From Nemertoderma westbladi (Eukaryota; Animalia; Xenacoelomorpha): a DNA stretch of 41,400 nucleotides. The first letter of the stretch is position 1, and every line of letters begins with the position of its first letter. This document shows, in pieces, positions 1 through 11,260 of the stretch. The stretch lies in contig JAUCBJ010004940.1 in NCBI GenBank assembly GCA_032718475.1, positions 1 through 41,400 of the forward strand, written 5' to 3'. The position numbers and the translations under genes were made by a program. The notes under the pieces were generated by a model. It saw only the letters and a program-made list of their open reading frames with translations, was not told the origin of the DNA and made no database searches.

Positions 1-1099
1 ATTAATTTGTAATATATGAAACCTGGAGGGCAGGTGTGTTATAATGCTTTAGGGTGATAGCATAGAAGTATCGAAGTATATTTGAACTAAGAATCATTCC
101 TCAGTTAACTAATCTTTGAGTTTATGCATGTAAAGTCCTGTACTTTACAACAAATTTCAAAAAAAGTAGTTTTTTTGCAGATAAGAAGATCGGTAAGTAC
201 AGTAATTGATACATTTTCAGAAAAATGGAAAGAATTTCTAGTGTACCAAGTTTGGTTATATTTCATCAATGATTGGCGGACTTATTTCGGTTTTTATCAA
301 AATTTTGAAACTATCGGTACCAACAGAGAGACTGTCTGATATGTGACCTTTGATTCCTTAAATCTCAGATTATTTCCAAACTTTTGACAGACATCATACG
401 TACCAGGTTTGGTTTAATTTCATCTATAAATGACCGAGTTATACAGTATTAGCGATCAAAAATTAGACAGATGACAGACAACTCCTAAATGGCCCCCGTA
501 TGCTAAGACTTCGGGTCAATTTGTGGGTCGCCCCACATTTTGCATCCATATCTTGGTTGGAAATACTTAGTTGCACTTTATTATCACTAATTATCCAGAA
601 ATTACTGTTAGGTTAAGTGTAAGAGACCATTTTGACCATAAAATTCGTACAGGTCCCGTACTTTACCTAGCAATGTCCCATACTTTACTACACAAAACAC
701 ATTGTAAAAAATTAGCAATGTAGCAATTCGTCTGATATTTATACTTTTTATTTAAGCTTAATAATACAGCTTTATCCTAAACATCAACTCAACACCACCG
801 TACCAGCGCACAATTCGCTAAATTTTAGAATTGAAATCATAAAATCTTTTAATTTAAAAAACCAGTCGGAAAAAAAACATTTCGTACGAATCCGTCCGTA
901 CTTTACCTTAATTGGACAAGCTAGTGTTTTCTCAAAAGTGACTAAGTCCCGCCATAAGCTTCGCGAAATCAAAGCTGCTATTCGAAAGTTCAATCCAAGC
1001 ACAATTTTGTGCACATATGTGCTGTGGATAACATTGTACAGGCAATCAAAGTTCAAAATTGTGTACGAATGTCCCGTACTTTACTTTGGAATGAGCCTA
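1..1099. mobile_element. Terminal region of a putative DNA transposon with subterminal repeats, family unassigned
   Basis: Motif GTCC(C/T)(G/A)TACTTTAC recurs at about 134, 653, 675, 895 and 1071, and again at 22612 and 22798. The run ends at TTGGAATGAGCCTA (1086-1099). The opposite TIR is not seen. Confidence 0.4.
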
Positions 1100-1100
1100 T

Positions 1101-1232
1101 AGATTGTCGTATCGGCTTCCACTGAGTGGTCCCAGGTTCGAATCCGACCCGACGCTGATGAGACTCAGTAAGGTATAGAAACGACTACGTGGTTTAGAAA
1201 GATATGAGATATGAATTTCATTATATTTGTAA
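1101..1232 (+). mobile_element. tRNA-derived SINE-like repeat with a degenerate hammerhead-like core, copy 1
   Basis: B-box GGTTCGAATCC (1136-1146), followed by CTGATGA (1155-1161) ... GAAAC. Four copies in the window. Confidence 0.55.
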
Positions 1233-1239
1233 ACGTCTT

Positions 1240-2030
1240 ACGGTGGTGAGATTTAACTGCAGATTTAAAAGAATGTTGATTATCTAGGTTTTTAATTTCA
1301 TTAGGCAGAGCGTTCCAATTTTTAATACCGTTAAAAAAGAAAGTATCAGATTCGAAGGATTTACAATTCGGGAGGTAAAAGTTTGAAGCACTAGCTCTGG
1401 TACTGTAAGAGTGTGTATCGCGTACTCTGTTGAATTTTTGTTTTAGGTAATTGGGACATTTACCATTATACACTTTATGCACATGGTTAAGGCGTAGCTG
1501 CTTAACTCTACTATCTAAGTTAAGTAGTCCAGATTCAGAAAAGTCACCTGGAGTTAGGTGGTGCCTAGGTTTGTAGTCTTTAATAAATCGTACTACTTTA
1601 TTCTGAGCTACTTGTAATTTACATTTAAGCTGTTTGGTTAAGCCTTCATACCAAGAAGATGCATGCATAGTCCATGTGACACTGTATTAAAGAAGAGCAA
1701 AGTAACTTGCGGGAGTCGGTGTTTAAACTATTTTTATTTCTGTATAGAAACCTAAGCCTACTGTTAACTTTCGAGAAAATATTTTTCACTGTGCTTTCTC
1801 CTGATAAGCCGTTATCCAATGTGGCGCCTAAATATTTAACTTCCTTTTTATTTTCAATCTTATGTCCATTACTAGTGACTTCAAACTTAGTTACCTTCTT
1901 TAACTTTCTTTTGGAACCAAACAAAATAGTTTCAGTCTTACCGTAGTTAATGGATAGCTTATTATCAACCAACCACTCATTACAGGATTCTAGAACTGCA
2001 CTTAACTTTTGGGAACTATAGATTGGATCG
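1240..2030 (-). pseudogene. L2/CR1-group LINE ORF2 C-terminal fragment, frameshifted and truncated
   Basis: ORFs 1646-1972 and 1165-1668 (NKLSINYGKTETILFG, KYLG, SLIQCHMDY, LQVAQNK, TFFFNGIKNWNALP) are homologous to the LINE at 31650-32467. Confidence 0.9.
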
Positions 2031-2689
2031 GTTGTGTTTCATCATGTCTGGTTCGGTCCTTTTCAAGAGGTTTTCGATAAAGTTCTGTCCAGTTCGGTTC
2101 AGATTTGTCTAAATTACTTTCAGCTATTTTTACATTGAGTTTCTGTGATAAACATCGGAAATGTATCTACAGTATAGTCAAATATTACAAATTCATCAAT
2201 ATTTGTTTAATAAGGGGATCATTACCTCAAATCTATTTTTTATGAAGCTACTATTCTGAACTTTATAACACAATGATCTGTGATCTATTACTAAAATAAA
2301 AAACTGAGTATGGATATTCGTAAACGCGTTTGTTCGAAAAATGGCACTTTTTGTGCAGGTCGGTTTTTTATAAATTGTATAAATTTCGAAGATTTTATAT
2401 GTAAAATATCTCATGTTTAAGGATCAGTAATGTAAGGGAACTCCTCCAGTAAAGGTCACTAGAGAGGGATATCTTTTGTCAGGTGGGTGGGATACTCGAA
2501 AGACCCTTATCCGATCCCTTAGGCGTTTCCCTATAGTACAGTATAATGCCTAACACCCTTCCCACGTGACTTCCGGTTTCGTTCAGGGAACCTGCTGTTG
2601 GTCAACCAGTGGCCTGTCAAGGATATGCGGTAGACCCCGGATAATTGTATGTATTTAGATATTCATATTTATTTCAGTAATGTATTGAA

Positions 2690-3320
2690 CTACTGTATAC
2701 CGTTACGAAAAAATGACGCCAAATCAAAACCTGTGCTCTACAATGTCTACGACTATATGAGGGATGGAACCCACCAAGTTGATAAGCTTATAGGAAAATA
2801 CTCCGGTAAAACCGAGAGTCGACGGACGGTGTGCTATGGTTGCTTTCTAGTATACGCTGGATATACTGCACGATTCAAAGCGCAAACACTTGTTGTTCTC
2901 AATAGTAAAGGAAACCCTCGACCGGAGCAGTCGTTTTGCCAGGGCTAGGAATTCCAACATAGTAAGGCGCTCCAAATTTATTCTCCCGCTCTCTCCGTGT
3001 GATAAAATAAAATTTATTTCGGGGTGACATAAAACTATGGAGGTAGCCCTCAACCCCGCGGTCAATAAACCTACAATCAAAGACCGCGTGGCACACAAGC
3101 CCACGCCAAGCTGGTCACGGGAGGCAACCACTCCATCCATTCCCCTTGCAATGCAACTCTTTGCTAATAAACTGGAAACCCGTTCGTTTAGGGAGAAGTT
3201 GGTGTTGGATACAAGGTAACTGAATCCACCAATCTACCTAAAGTAATCACTTGTAACTCGTGCGGCATTCCCTTTTACCCATATGCAATAGTGATTGTTA
3301 TGATTGCAAACCAGTTTTTA
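2690..3320 (+). pseudogene. Decayed piggyBac-like DDD transposase C-terminal fragment
   Basis: KPVLYNVYDYMRDGTHQVDKLIGKYSGKTESRR, then after a frameshift MVAF*YTLD/TAR..AQT. This matches the piggyBac KP..Y..Y...KGG.D..D..Y.....RRW region. A degraded Cys-rich tail (TCNSCGIP) lies near 3250. Confidence 0.65.
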
Positions 3321-3634
3321 ATCTGGATTCCTTTTTATATAATTGCATTGTCAATACTTATTATTATTTTTGTTTGATAATTGTTATTAAGTTTAATTAC
3401 AATAATATATCATTGTTATTTATGTAACCGAATCCGCGTTTCTTTAAAATGTTATTTACAGTATTATCAAGTTTCATTATCAAGTATTATCAATTAATTT
3501 TCAAGGTTTTTTTTACATCGAAGGATAAGTTTTTTACCAACAATAACTTTTACTTTTTATTTGCACAATTTTAGGACTAGTCCCATTACAATAAAACGGC
3601 AGCTAGCATTGAAATTCATTCTTCAAATCTCTAG

Positions 3635-3766
3635 AGATTGTTGACTCGGATTCCACTGAGAGGTCCCAGGTTCGAATCCGACCCGACGATGATGAGACTC
3701 AATAAGGTAGAAACGCCTGCGTGGTTTAGAAAGATATATGAGATATGAATTTCATTATATTTGTAC
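3635..3766 (+). mobile_element. tRNA-derived SINE-like repeat with a degenerate hammerhead-like core, copy 2
   Basis: Anticodon-like stem CTCGG/CTGAG, AGGTC variable loop and B-box GGTTCGAATCC, then ATGATGAGACTCAATAAGGTAGAAAC. Confidence 0.55.
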
Positions 3767-4922
3767 TGTAACTATTAATGTAATGTAATGTAATGTAATA
3801 TTACTAATGTAACAGAGTGGTTAACAAGTTTAAATAATTTAAATATAATAAATAGTTCTCACATAAAGGTATATTTTGTATTAAAGAAAACCTCGGCATA
3901 CCCAAACAACCTTAAACACAGTACTACACTTACTAAATATATTATTTTACTTACTAACACCAAATATCTTATGAAAACATATAATTAATACTAAAATGTA
4001 CTTTAATCTCCTAATGTTCTGTATAACTGTTCGTTTCACCTTTAAACCTTCTATTATGGGGCGAGCCACGAAGTCTAAGTGAGACTTTGCGCGGGGGTAT
4101 AATATTTAATAGGCCGTCCTCTAACTCATTGGCACAGCTGCGATTTTACCTGCGGCTTTGCCAATAATTATTAACTAAAAACTCACGAGGTATTCTTTGC
4201 AAGAATGAATAACTCGTAATATGAATACCAAGTATGAATACCTACTACCATTGAACTTTAACAAATTTACAACAATATTTCCGTTATTAACAATTAATAA
4301 TACCGATAACTTCATAATCGAACCAATCCATGATTTTAACCGATTCAACTACCAGTAATGGAATCCCGTCACCGTCATTAACTCAATCGCTTATTTATCG
4401 TCATCATCGTCAGCCCAAATTATCGTTTGCCGTAACAACCTGACTGAAAAAAGTTATACCGGAGTTTATCTGCACAAGTACAACCACCACAAACACAACT
4501 CACACAATCCATTTCTAACAACAAGACATACTGATCGCTAGATGTAGAGAATTCTTTTGGTTGGTATCGAACCAGAATATCACGAGTCGCGATTTTTATT
4601 TTTTTTTCTCTTTTAGACCAAATATAGCAACACTAGCTATGCTACTGCTTTCTTTGACTAATTAAATAACAACACAACCTCATTAGGCTACACAAGTCGG
4701 AATATTTGTGTGTTCATAGGATAATATATGTCAATTATATATGTTAATATATATCATAAGAATAGGCTACTATTTTCTGCAGGTTTAGATAGTCCAGATA
4801 AACAAAAAAAACATCTAAAAATAATCAAATGCTAATTTATACAAAAAGTAATTTAATTAATTTATTTAAAAAATTGTTAAATTATTCAAAAATAGCGCGA
4901 CATAAGCCAATAATATTAATTC

Positions 4923-5618
4923 TCAAAAAATTCCATAAACCAATAGGAGGAGAGTAAGTAATATACTAGGGGTTACATTGAGTGCGATGGAGGTTGGGCC
5001 GTTAGGTTTAACTACATCTTCTATAACAGTGGTTGTTACATTGGGTGCGATGGAGGTTGGGCCGTTAGGTTCAACTATATCTTTCCCTTCTTCAGTTGGT
5101 TGTTGTTGGTCCGATTCCGCATTAACCGCGCACTTGTGTATTTCTATTGATGGTTCCAGGTGTGTCCACTCATCATCGCCCTGCTTCTCTAACCCTATAT
5201 ACATCCGGTGTTTCCCAACCTCCCGTTTTATATACCGGTACCCCCCTTCCACTCTCTCACTTCCAACATGGACGTTAGTATAAGTAACTCTGATTACTAC
5301 AGGTCGTCCCGAAACTGAAACTATTAAACTATTATTAGTATAACCGTCGTCGTATTGCTCCACGTTTATTTCCCCATCCTCGTAGTTCAACACAAATACA
5401 GGATAATCGCCAATCCATCCAGAGATCCTTCTTATATCGTTGATGACTATATCGCTTGTGAGTTGATAACTTAAAGTTAAGTTATCTCCCTCCTCCACGC
5501 AGTTCTTACCAACGGGTTCTACCATGATGAGGTTTGTAGGATCGTAGGCGACATCTATTCCGTGGCATAAAGACGTCAGATGGGTAGTAAGTAAAACTGA
5601 TAAGTAAATAATTAACAT
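4923..5618 (-). CDS. Secreted, probably GPI-anchored Ig-V-like surface protein, paralog A (231 aa, single exon)
   Basis: GCCATG start context and a hydrophobic signal peptide (about aa 1-20). Beta-strand pattern EGDNLTLSY / ISGWI / IRVTYTNV / EVGKH resembles a V-set fold without the canonical B/F cysteines. A Thr/Pro stalk leads to a hydrophobic C-terminus with no cytoplasmic tail. AATAAA lies about 60 nt after the stop. The ORF stays open in the paralog despite three in-frame indels. Confidence 0.85.
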   Translation of the reverse strand: MLIIYLSVLLTTHLTSLCHGIDVAYDPTNLIMVEPVGKNCVEEGDNLTLSYQLTSDIVINDIRRISGWIGDYPVFVLNYEDGEINVEQYDDGYTNNSLIVSVSGRPVVIRVTYTNVHVGSERVEGGYRYIKREVGKHRMYIGLEKQGDDEWTHLEPSIEIHKCAVNAESDQQQPTEEGKDIVEPNGPTSIAPNVTTTVIEDVVKPNGPTSIALNVTPSILLTLLLLVYGIF

Positions 5619-5956
5619 GGCTGATAATATTAGATATTAATAATTTATATTAAAATTCAACTTGTAAACAAATAAAATATAACAGATTAATAAATAATAT
5701 AAATTAGTTAACCAAATTATTATTGGTGTTCTAGGCGTTCTAGAACTAGATGGAGCCGGACTGGAGGAAAACTATTTCTTATTATATTTCTTAATTTTAA
5801 TCTTCTATTTTATGGATAATATAACGAATTGTAGGAATAGCATTCTACAATTATATTTACTATAAATTCATAATTGAGTTGTATGTGATTTTGATAATAA
5901 AGTCTTTAACAGTCTAGGTCATGACCGCGGCATTTCTAGCTAATTTAAATATTTAA

Positions 5957-6666
5957 GGGGGGGGGGGGGGGGGGGGGGTACACCATTTTCGGACAACTCT
6001 TCGATTTATCACTCTCAGCGTTTAAAAATTGTTTGGTTTTGGCTATAATTTGGAATATAGGTGCCGAAGATGCTATTCTACGTGACAGGTTAGAAAATTT
6101 TTATTTTTCGCTATTTAATATTAGTTAATACTGTACTAGTTAACAACAAAAAAAACTTGGTTACGCTTAAAACCCTAAGGCTTTTACAGTTTTGAATCTA
6201 ATCACATGAAAGTTTTTTTATATGATAGGTCAAAGATGGGGCAACATTTTGTTAAAATAATTCTGCACCGCTAGGTGGCGCTGCAAATGTATGCCTAATT
6301 TTTAGGTTTGTTATAAATAGTATTAAATTTTATTAACAAATAATTTCGAATAGGGCAGGGTGGCTATGTAGACACCCACAGAAAATTTCAGACTAATTGC
6401 TCAAAAATTATAGAAGTAGTAGGACTTTGAAGTTGACAATTTCATAAAAAAAATATTTTGAGATAATCGACCTTTCAATATACATAGTAATAGTAATTTC
6501 AATAGGAATCCCTAAATGGAAATTGTTATAACTTAAAAACTAAAAGAGCTATTTAATAGCGGTTTTCAGATTTGGAAACACCATTCAATGGTGCATTATA
6601 ATAGATCATAAAAAAATTTCGACATATTTTTGACCAAAATGGTGTACCCCCCCCCCCCCCCCCCCC
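5957..6666. mobile_element. Non-autonomous TIR element with TTAA TSD (Kolobok-like GG..CC termini)
   Basis: TTAA at 5953-5956 and 6667-6670. TIRs are G22-TACACCATTTT and AAAATGGTGTA-C20. No ORF. Confidence 0.85.
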
Positions 6667-6885
6667 TTAAATATTATTATGGCAGTGCAAGCAAGCGAAA
6701 AGTTACCTTATTGTCAAAATGAGGTTTTTGAGTTAGATATTGCATGTGATTGGCCAATATCTCAGGTCTCTAATGTGCTAAAAATCATCCTGATTGGATG
6801 AGTGCATCCAGAGTTATTAGCATTAATGAATTACTAAGAAGACAACCAGCAGTCAAATACACTGATTAGAAAAAAAAAAGTTTAG

Positions 6886-7953
6886 TGTTCGCGCTTTAAG
6901 ACCTTTAGCAGTTTAACCTGCCAAATTGGGATGTCTTTTAGATGATAGATAGTCTTTAGCCTATGACAAGTATTTGATACACTACATTAGCCGAAACCAG
7001 TCTAGAGTTATGAAGTTATGAGTTATGAGTTAAAGAGTTATGAGTTATGAGTTAAACCAGAGTTATGACTTAAACTAGACACAACGGGATGGCTATAGAT
7101 TCACGTATATGGCGCATTCTTTAGGAGATGCTTCGTTATCAATCACGATCATACACAATACTGCACAATGCTGCACACTAATCTGCCGACCTTCACTAAT
7201 TTTAGTCACATATAAGGAGAACAACAGACAATACGTGTAGGGCCTATAAAATAGCATTAGATTCACTTCAAACCACTTAATGTAAGTCGCAATCGTTATA
7301 TGTATCCGGTCTCTCTAACCTTTAGTATATCAAGAAGATTGGGGTGTCTGATTGTTTATCAGTATTCCAAATATAATATTCCATCAACAAATATAATGAA
7401 TAACCGACAGTAAATAGCAGTACAAAGTTTAAGGTATGAATGGTTATGAATGCAGAATTGGTATGAGATATGTTAAGTGAGTGAGGTATGGTTAGTGAGT
7501 TAAGTGAGATAACGGATATACGTTCTATAATTAAGCCTACTAATGTTGAGCTAAAGACTGAAACACGGAGGTTCCACGCCGGTGTTGTAGGCTGTGGACA
7601 AAATCACATACTGACTCAACTCCACGAGTTTCTATATACAATCTCTAACACAGAGGCAAAAAACGCTCTGATTGGTCGACCGAACAAAGAAGGCACAGAG
7701 AACAAAGAAAAGCTACACGTGTACAGCATCAGCTGTTAGCTGTCGTCATGGTAGCTACACTGTTTACAGAGGATTTGGCGCATTGCGTCATAAAATTGCT
7801 AATCATGTCCGTTAAAGTACACATACAGAAGAAATGGCTTTTATGTCCTCTAAAACAACAGTACAGTAAGGACACGGCCTTTTATGCCTGCTAAACCAAC
7901 TACAGAGTACTTTACGGGGAAAATAACCGGCTAATTACGCAAAAGCCTTTACA
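6886..7953 (-). repeat. 3' LTR (1068 bp; carries a deletion with filler DNA)
   Basis: Matches 17983-19180 apart from the 7005-7057 filler and about one substitution. A short purine-rich GGGAGCGG (weak PPT) lies immediately upstream on the minus strand. Confidence 0.95.
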
Positions 7954-8031
7954 CCGCTCCCAGAAAATGGGATTTAAGTCTATAAAATATAACAAATCAC
8001 AGTTTCTAAAATATAAAAATACTCTAAACAG

Positions 8032-9563
8032 TTAGTCTTTCTTACGCGGACGGCGTTTACGCAGTTTTTTGAGGCTAGCAAGAGTCCTTTTCTCTTTGGG
8101 GCAAGCCACTTTACTAGGAGGGCTATAAATCCTGGGTGAAGGGTGCAATATGATTGCATCAGAAGGTGTAGGATTATGGTCGGGGTATCCGCCGTTTCGA
8201 TATGCTTCTCCTCGAGCTGATTTTCCTCCGCTCGTAGCTGGATATGTTCATCTAAAAACTCTCGCAGAGAATAGGGTCATCCAAGTTCGATAACTTCTTA
8301 GAGATTCTGGATTTCCCGATCAAACTGAGATAAAGTTACTTTGTTTACCGCTTGGACTTGCTAATGCAATTTACGTTTATCTGAACAAGCGTAAGTTCCT
8401 TTTCTGATCTTTGTAGAATAGCGTCTAACTCATTTGGTACAACGCTCTCCGCCACTTTGGTGACAGGTTATATCGTGTTAAGCCGGGACGATGGTAAGGG
8501 TTAAATGGCGATATTAAATGTCCGCGTCCCAATCCGGCTAGGTAGGATGGGCTAATATCTAGGAAGCCCACAACCGGGGTGCCACCGACTAATTGTTCAG
8601 GTAACACTAGATCTTTGAACAGTGAGTACAGCTCGAGAGGATCCGTCATACTAATAGGATCAAGAGTCTGAGGTCTCACTAGGGAATGAGGAGGTCTGAT
8701 CGAGTATTCCGAAACTCTGATCATTGGTTTATTTAAGGATCGTCTGAGTCGAACGAGCGTAGGTGATACGTCAAACAAATTTCGCTCGAAACTCCCGCCA
8801 GTATAGCGAGTAAAACCGTGTTTAGTGCAACGTCTCCGCGGATGTTTAGGTCTTTCCGTTTGTTGGTTGGGTCTAGGGCATTCATCGCAATAATACCAAA
8901 GACGCACGTCTTGTAGGGGAAACGCGAGTGATCTTTCTCCAGCTTACAATATTCCTCCATCCGTTCGAAGCTATCCGGTACAACAGGTAGCGGTCGATCG
9001 GCGGTAAGATACATCATAGTGGAATAGAGCCGTTTGAGTTCTACCATGCGGTCATGATGCATACCTTGAGGATATCGAGTTTCTAGATTCTGTTGACTGG
9101 TAATATCGAGATAGGTTTCTCTCAAGAATTCCAGGTATTTGGTGAAGTTGCTGCGTTTATCCGGCTCTTCAACATCTGCACTTTCGAGTCGGTTTCGAAT
9201 AGAATTTTCGTGTTCGAGTCTCAGTTTATCGTTCCGCTTCCGCTGGGTATGATATTTAAATAAAACCATTTCCCTTTTGATGTCTATATCGTTCGTATCG
9301 TGTAGGTCGATAGGATGACCAGTAGTTAAGAAGTCCATATATGTACCATTACGATGCGTATAGCGAGCGGTGAATTTTCTACAGTCCAACCCACGCGCAA
9401 GTTGCTCCCGGGACATTGGCGGTTAGATATAACGACCATCGTCCTCCGTAGTAGTTGGACCAGCGTCGCCGCGTATCAAGCTATCAACAAACGCTTGTAA
9501 AGGTAGAGTATATCGCTCCCTGATACCAAGATCATCTTCTATCAACTCAATCATATCTGCCAT
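8032..9563 (-). pseudogene. Additional disrupted 3' ORF of unknown function inside the BEL element (about 510 codons)
   Basis: ATG 9563 (MADMIELIEDD...) is in frame with ORF 8733-9416 across one TAA at 9423-9425. It appears to continue via ORF 8425-8907 and further broken frames to ...LKKLRKRRPRKKD-TAA at 8032. The joins below 8733 are inferred. Confidence 0.6.
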
Positions 9564-10390
9564 ATAAGTTTATCCATATTATAATGAGTTTATATTTAGG
9601 CGAGCGGGCGTCGCTGCCTACCCCTCTCTGCCCCCGGACAGTGCGAGATCCTCAGCGCTGGTGTACTTTCGCCGATGTGCCTATCGCCAACGTCGTAGCT
9701 GCACAACGACTATAACAACCAGCACGAGTCACTCCACCGTCCGTCCCAAAGGCTTAGATATACTTCAGGTTCTTACTGGAGAGTTAGGGCTACTTTCACA
9801 ATTGCGACTCGCTACTGTAAACACACCTTAGTAGTAACATTCACCTACAAACGCACAAATTCCACGTAACTGTCACAAATGGTACACATTCTATCACTCA
9901 TTCGGGTCATTTGTCCGTTAGTCAAGTGCCTTCCAGAATGTCACATTGTTATTATGTATCCCTGGATACTAGCGGTGTGCTATTTATTCCGTATGCTATT
10001 CAATGAGCAAGCTTTTTATTGTTCTGTTAACTCGCTTCTAATTCTAGCGTGGTTGTTGCCATGGTGACATTATGGAAAGCTAGCGGTAGAATTAGGGTAA
10101 TTCTCATGCATACAGATCTGGGATGCTATTTAATAGTAATTCTTTAATGGTCAATATTTCTCTTTATACATGATTTTATGAATTTTATCGGCTTTTGACT
10201 CTATATTGGAGATTCTCGCACACTAATACGCTTAATAGAGTGAATCTCCGCTCCCATGATCTATTAATTAATGGAATTTTGGGAATGTTATAAATTGTGT
10301 AAAAATGACAATTTATTAAATTCATTAAAATATATGAATTTAAATTTATTCCCGTAAATTTTATTATTTAATATTAAAATAGACACAATT

Positions 10391-10655
10391 TTATTCCAGA
10401 ACGTGTCTGGGGACTGGGATCCTTGATTCTAGGAATTTTGACCTTTTAAGAGTATCGGTAAGTGCTACGATATCTTAATCGACTAGAATTTTAAAGGATC
10501 TAAAATTTCGACAGATTTTATAAATATTAATAATTAATATTTAGGATGGGCACCAGTTTATTCCAGAACTTGTCTGGGGACATTAACCACTGGTTCTAGA
10601 ATTTGTCTTTCAAGTATATCGGTGGGTGCCGCGATATCTTAATCGACTAGAATTA
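10391..10655. repeat. Imperfect direct repeat of about 100 bp, 2 copies, in the BEL spacer between pol and ORF3
   Basis: TTTATTCCAGAAC.TGTCTGGGGAC ... CGATATCTTAATCGACTAGAATT at about 10392 and 10557. Confidence 0.8.
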
Positions 10656-11183
10656 CAGATGGTCAAAGGGTTTAACAGCTTTATTTTGCATTATACGCTA
10701 CTGTTAAAAGGACATCACGCTACTATATGTATTATTTAATATACTCTGCCTACCAATAATACTTAAATATAGTAGGAGCTTTATTGTACTTTAATAAGTA
10801 CGGACATTTCATCTTACTGTAGTTACGTATTTGTAATGTAATACGGACAGTAAGGAAGGAGAAAAAGAATTATTTCTCGCCGTCGCATTAAATATATAAT
10901 GTATAAGTAATTAAGTAATAAAGGCGAATATATATTGCAATAATCTACTAAATAATCGCTAAATAACATTTGACTAAATAAAATTAAAGAAAACGATTAT
11001 AATAAAATTACATAATAATACATACATAATATAAAATAATAAAAATAAATATAAAATAATATAGTCACACACCCACTCCGTATGTTGTTACGTTATGGAG
11101 TCCCTAGATATTTGTTGGATTAGGGAGGTGGTCGTGGGAAGAGTATCTTGCCTTCCATAGTTTCCGGACAGTTTTCGGTCTCT

Positions 11184-11260
11184 TTCCAGTAAACATAAAT
11201 GACCAGCTGGGCGATTGAATGGTTGTGTTACTTTCTCCGCTCCCTTGGCCTGTCTAATCT
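11184..11260 (-). pseudogene. Remnant of the extreme C-terminus of the Pao integrase region (DUF5641-like)
   Basis: An alternate frame reads KIRQAKGAEKVTQPFNRPAGHLCLLE, resembling the RPxxKLCLLE terminus of BEL/Pao polyproteins. Confidence 0.6.

Larger units (their letters stand above)
1..5956 (+). repeat. Segmental duplication, copy A (left end outside the window)
   Basis: Colinear and highly similar to 22845-35866 once the insertions at 23793-25030 and 26683-32761 are removed. Homology ends at TTAA 5953-5956 / 35863-35866. Confidence 0.95.

Noticed and set aside
3640-3685. Functional tRNA gene
   Set aside because: Only the anticodon arm and T-loop are recognisable. There is no D-arm/A-box or acceptor stem, and the T-stem is broken.
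4978-5283. Plus-strand ORFs 4978-5283 and 34913-35173
   Set aside because: Antisense to the better-supported surface-protein genes.
7488-7739. Identical 83-aa ORFs at 7488 and 18715
   Set aside because: The identity only reflects the twin LTRs. They are antisense to the element and not evidently preserved in the diverged LTRs.
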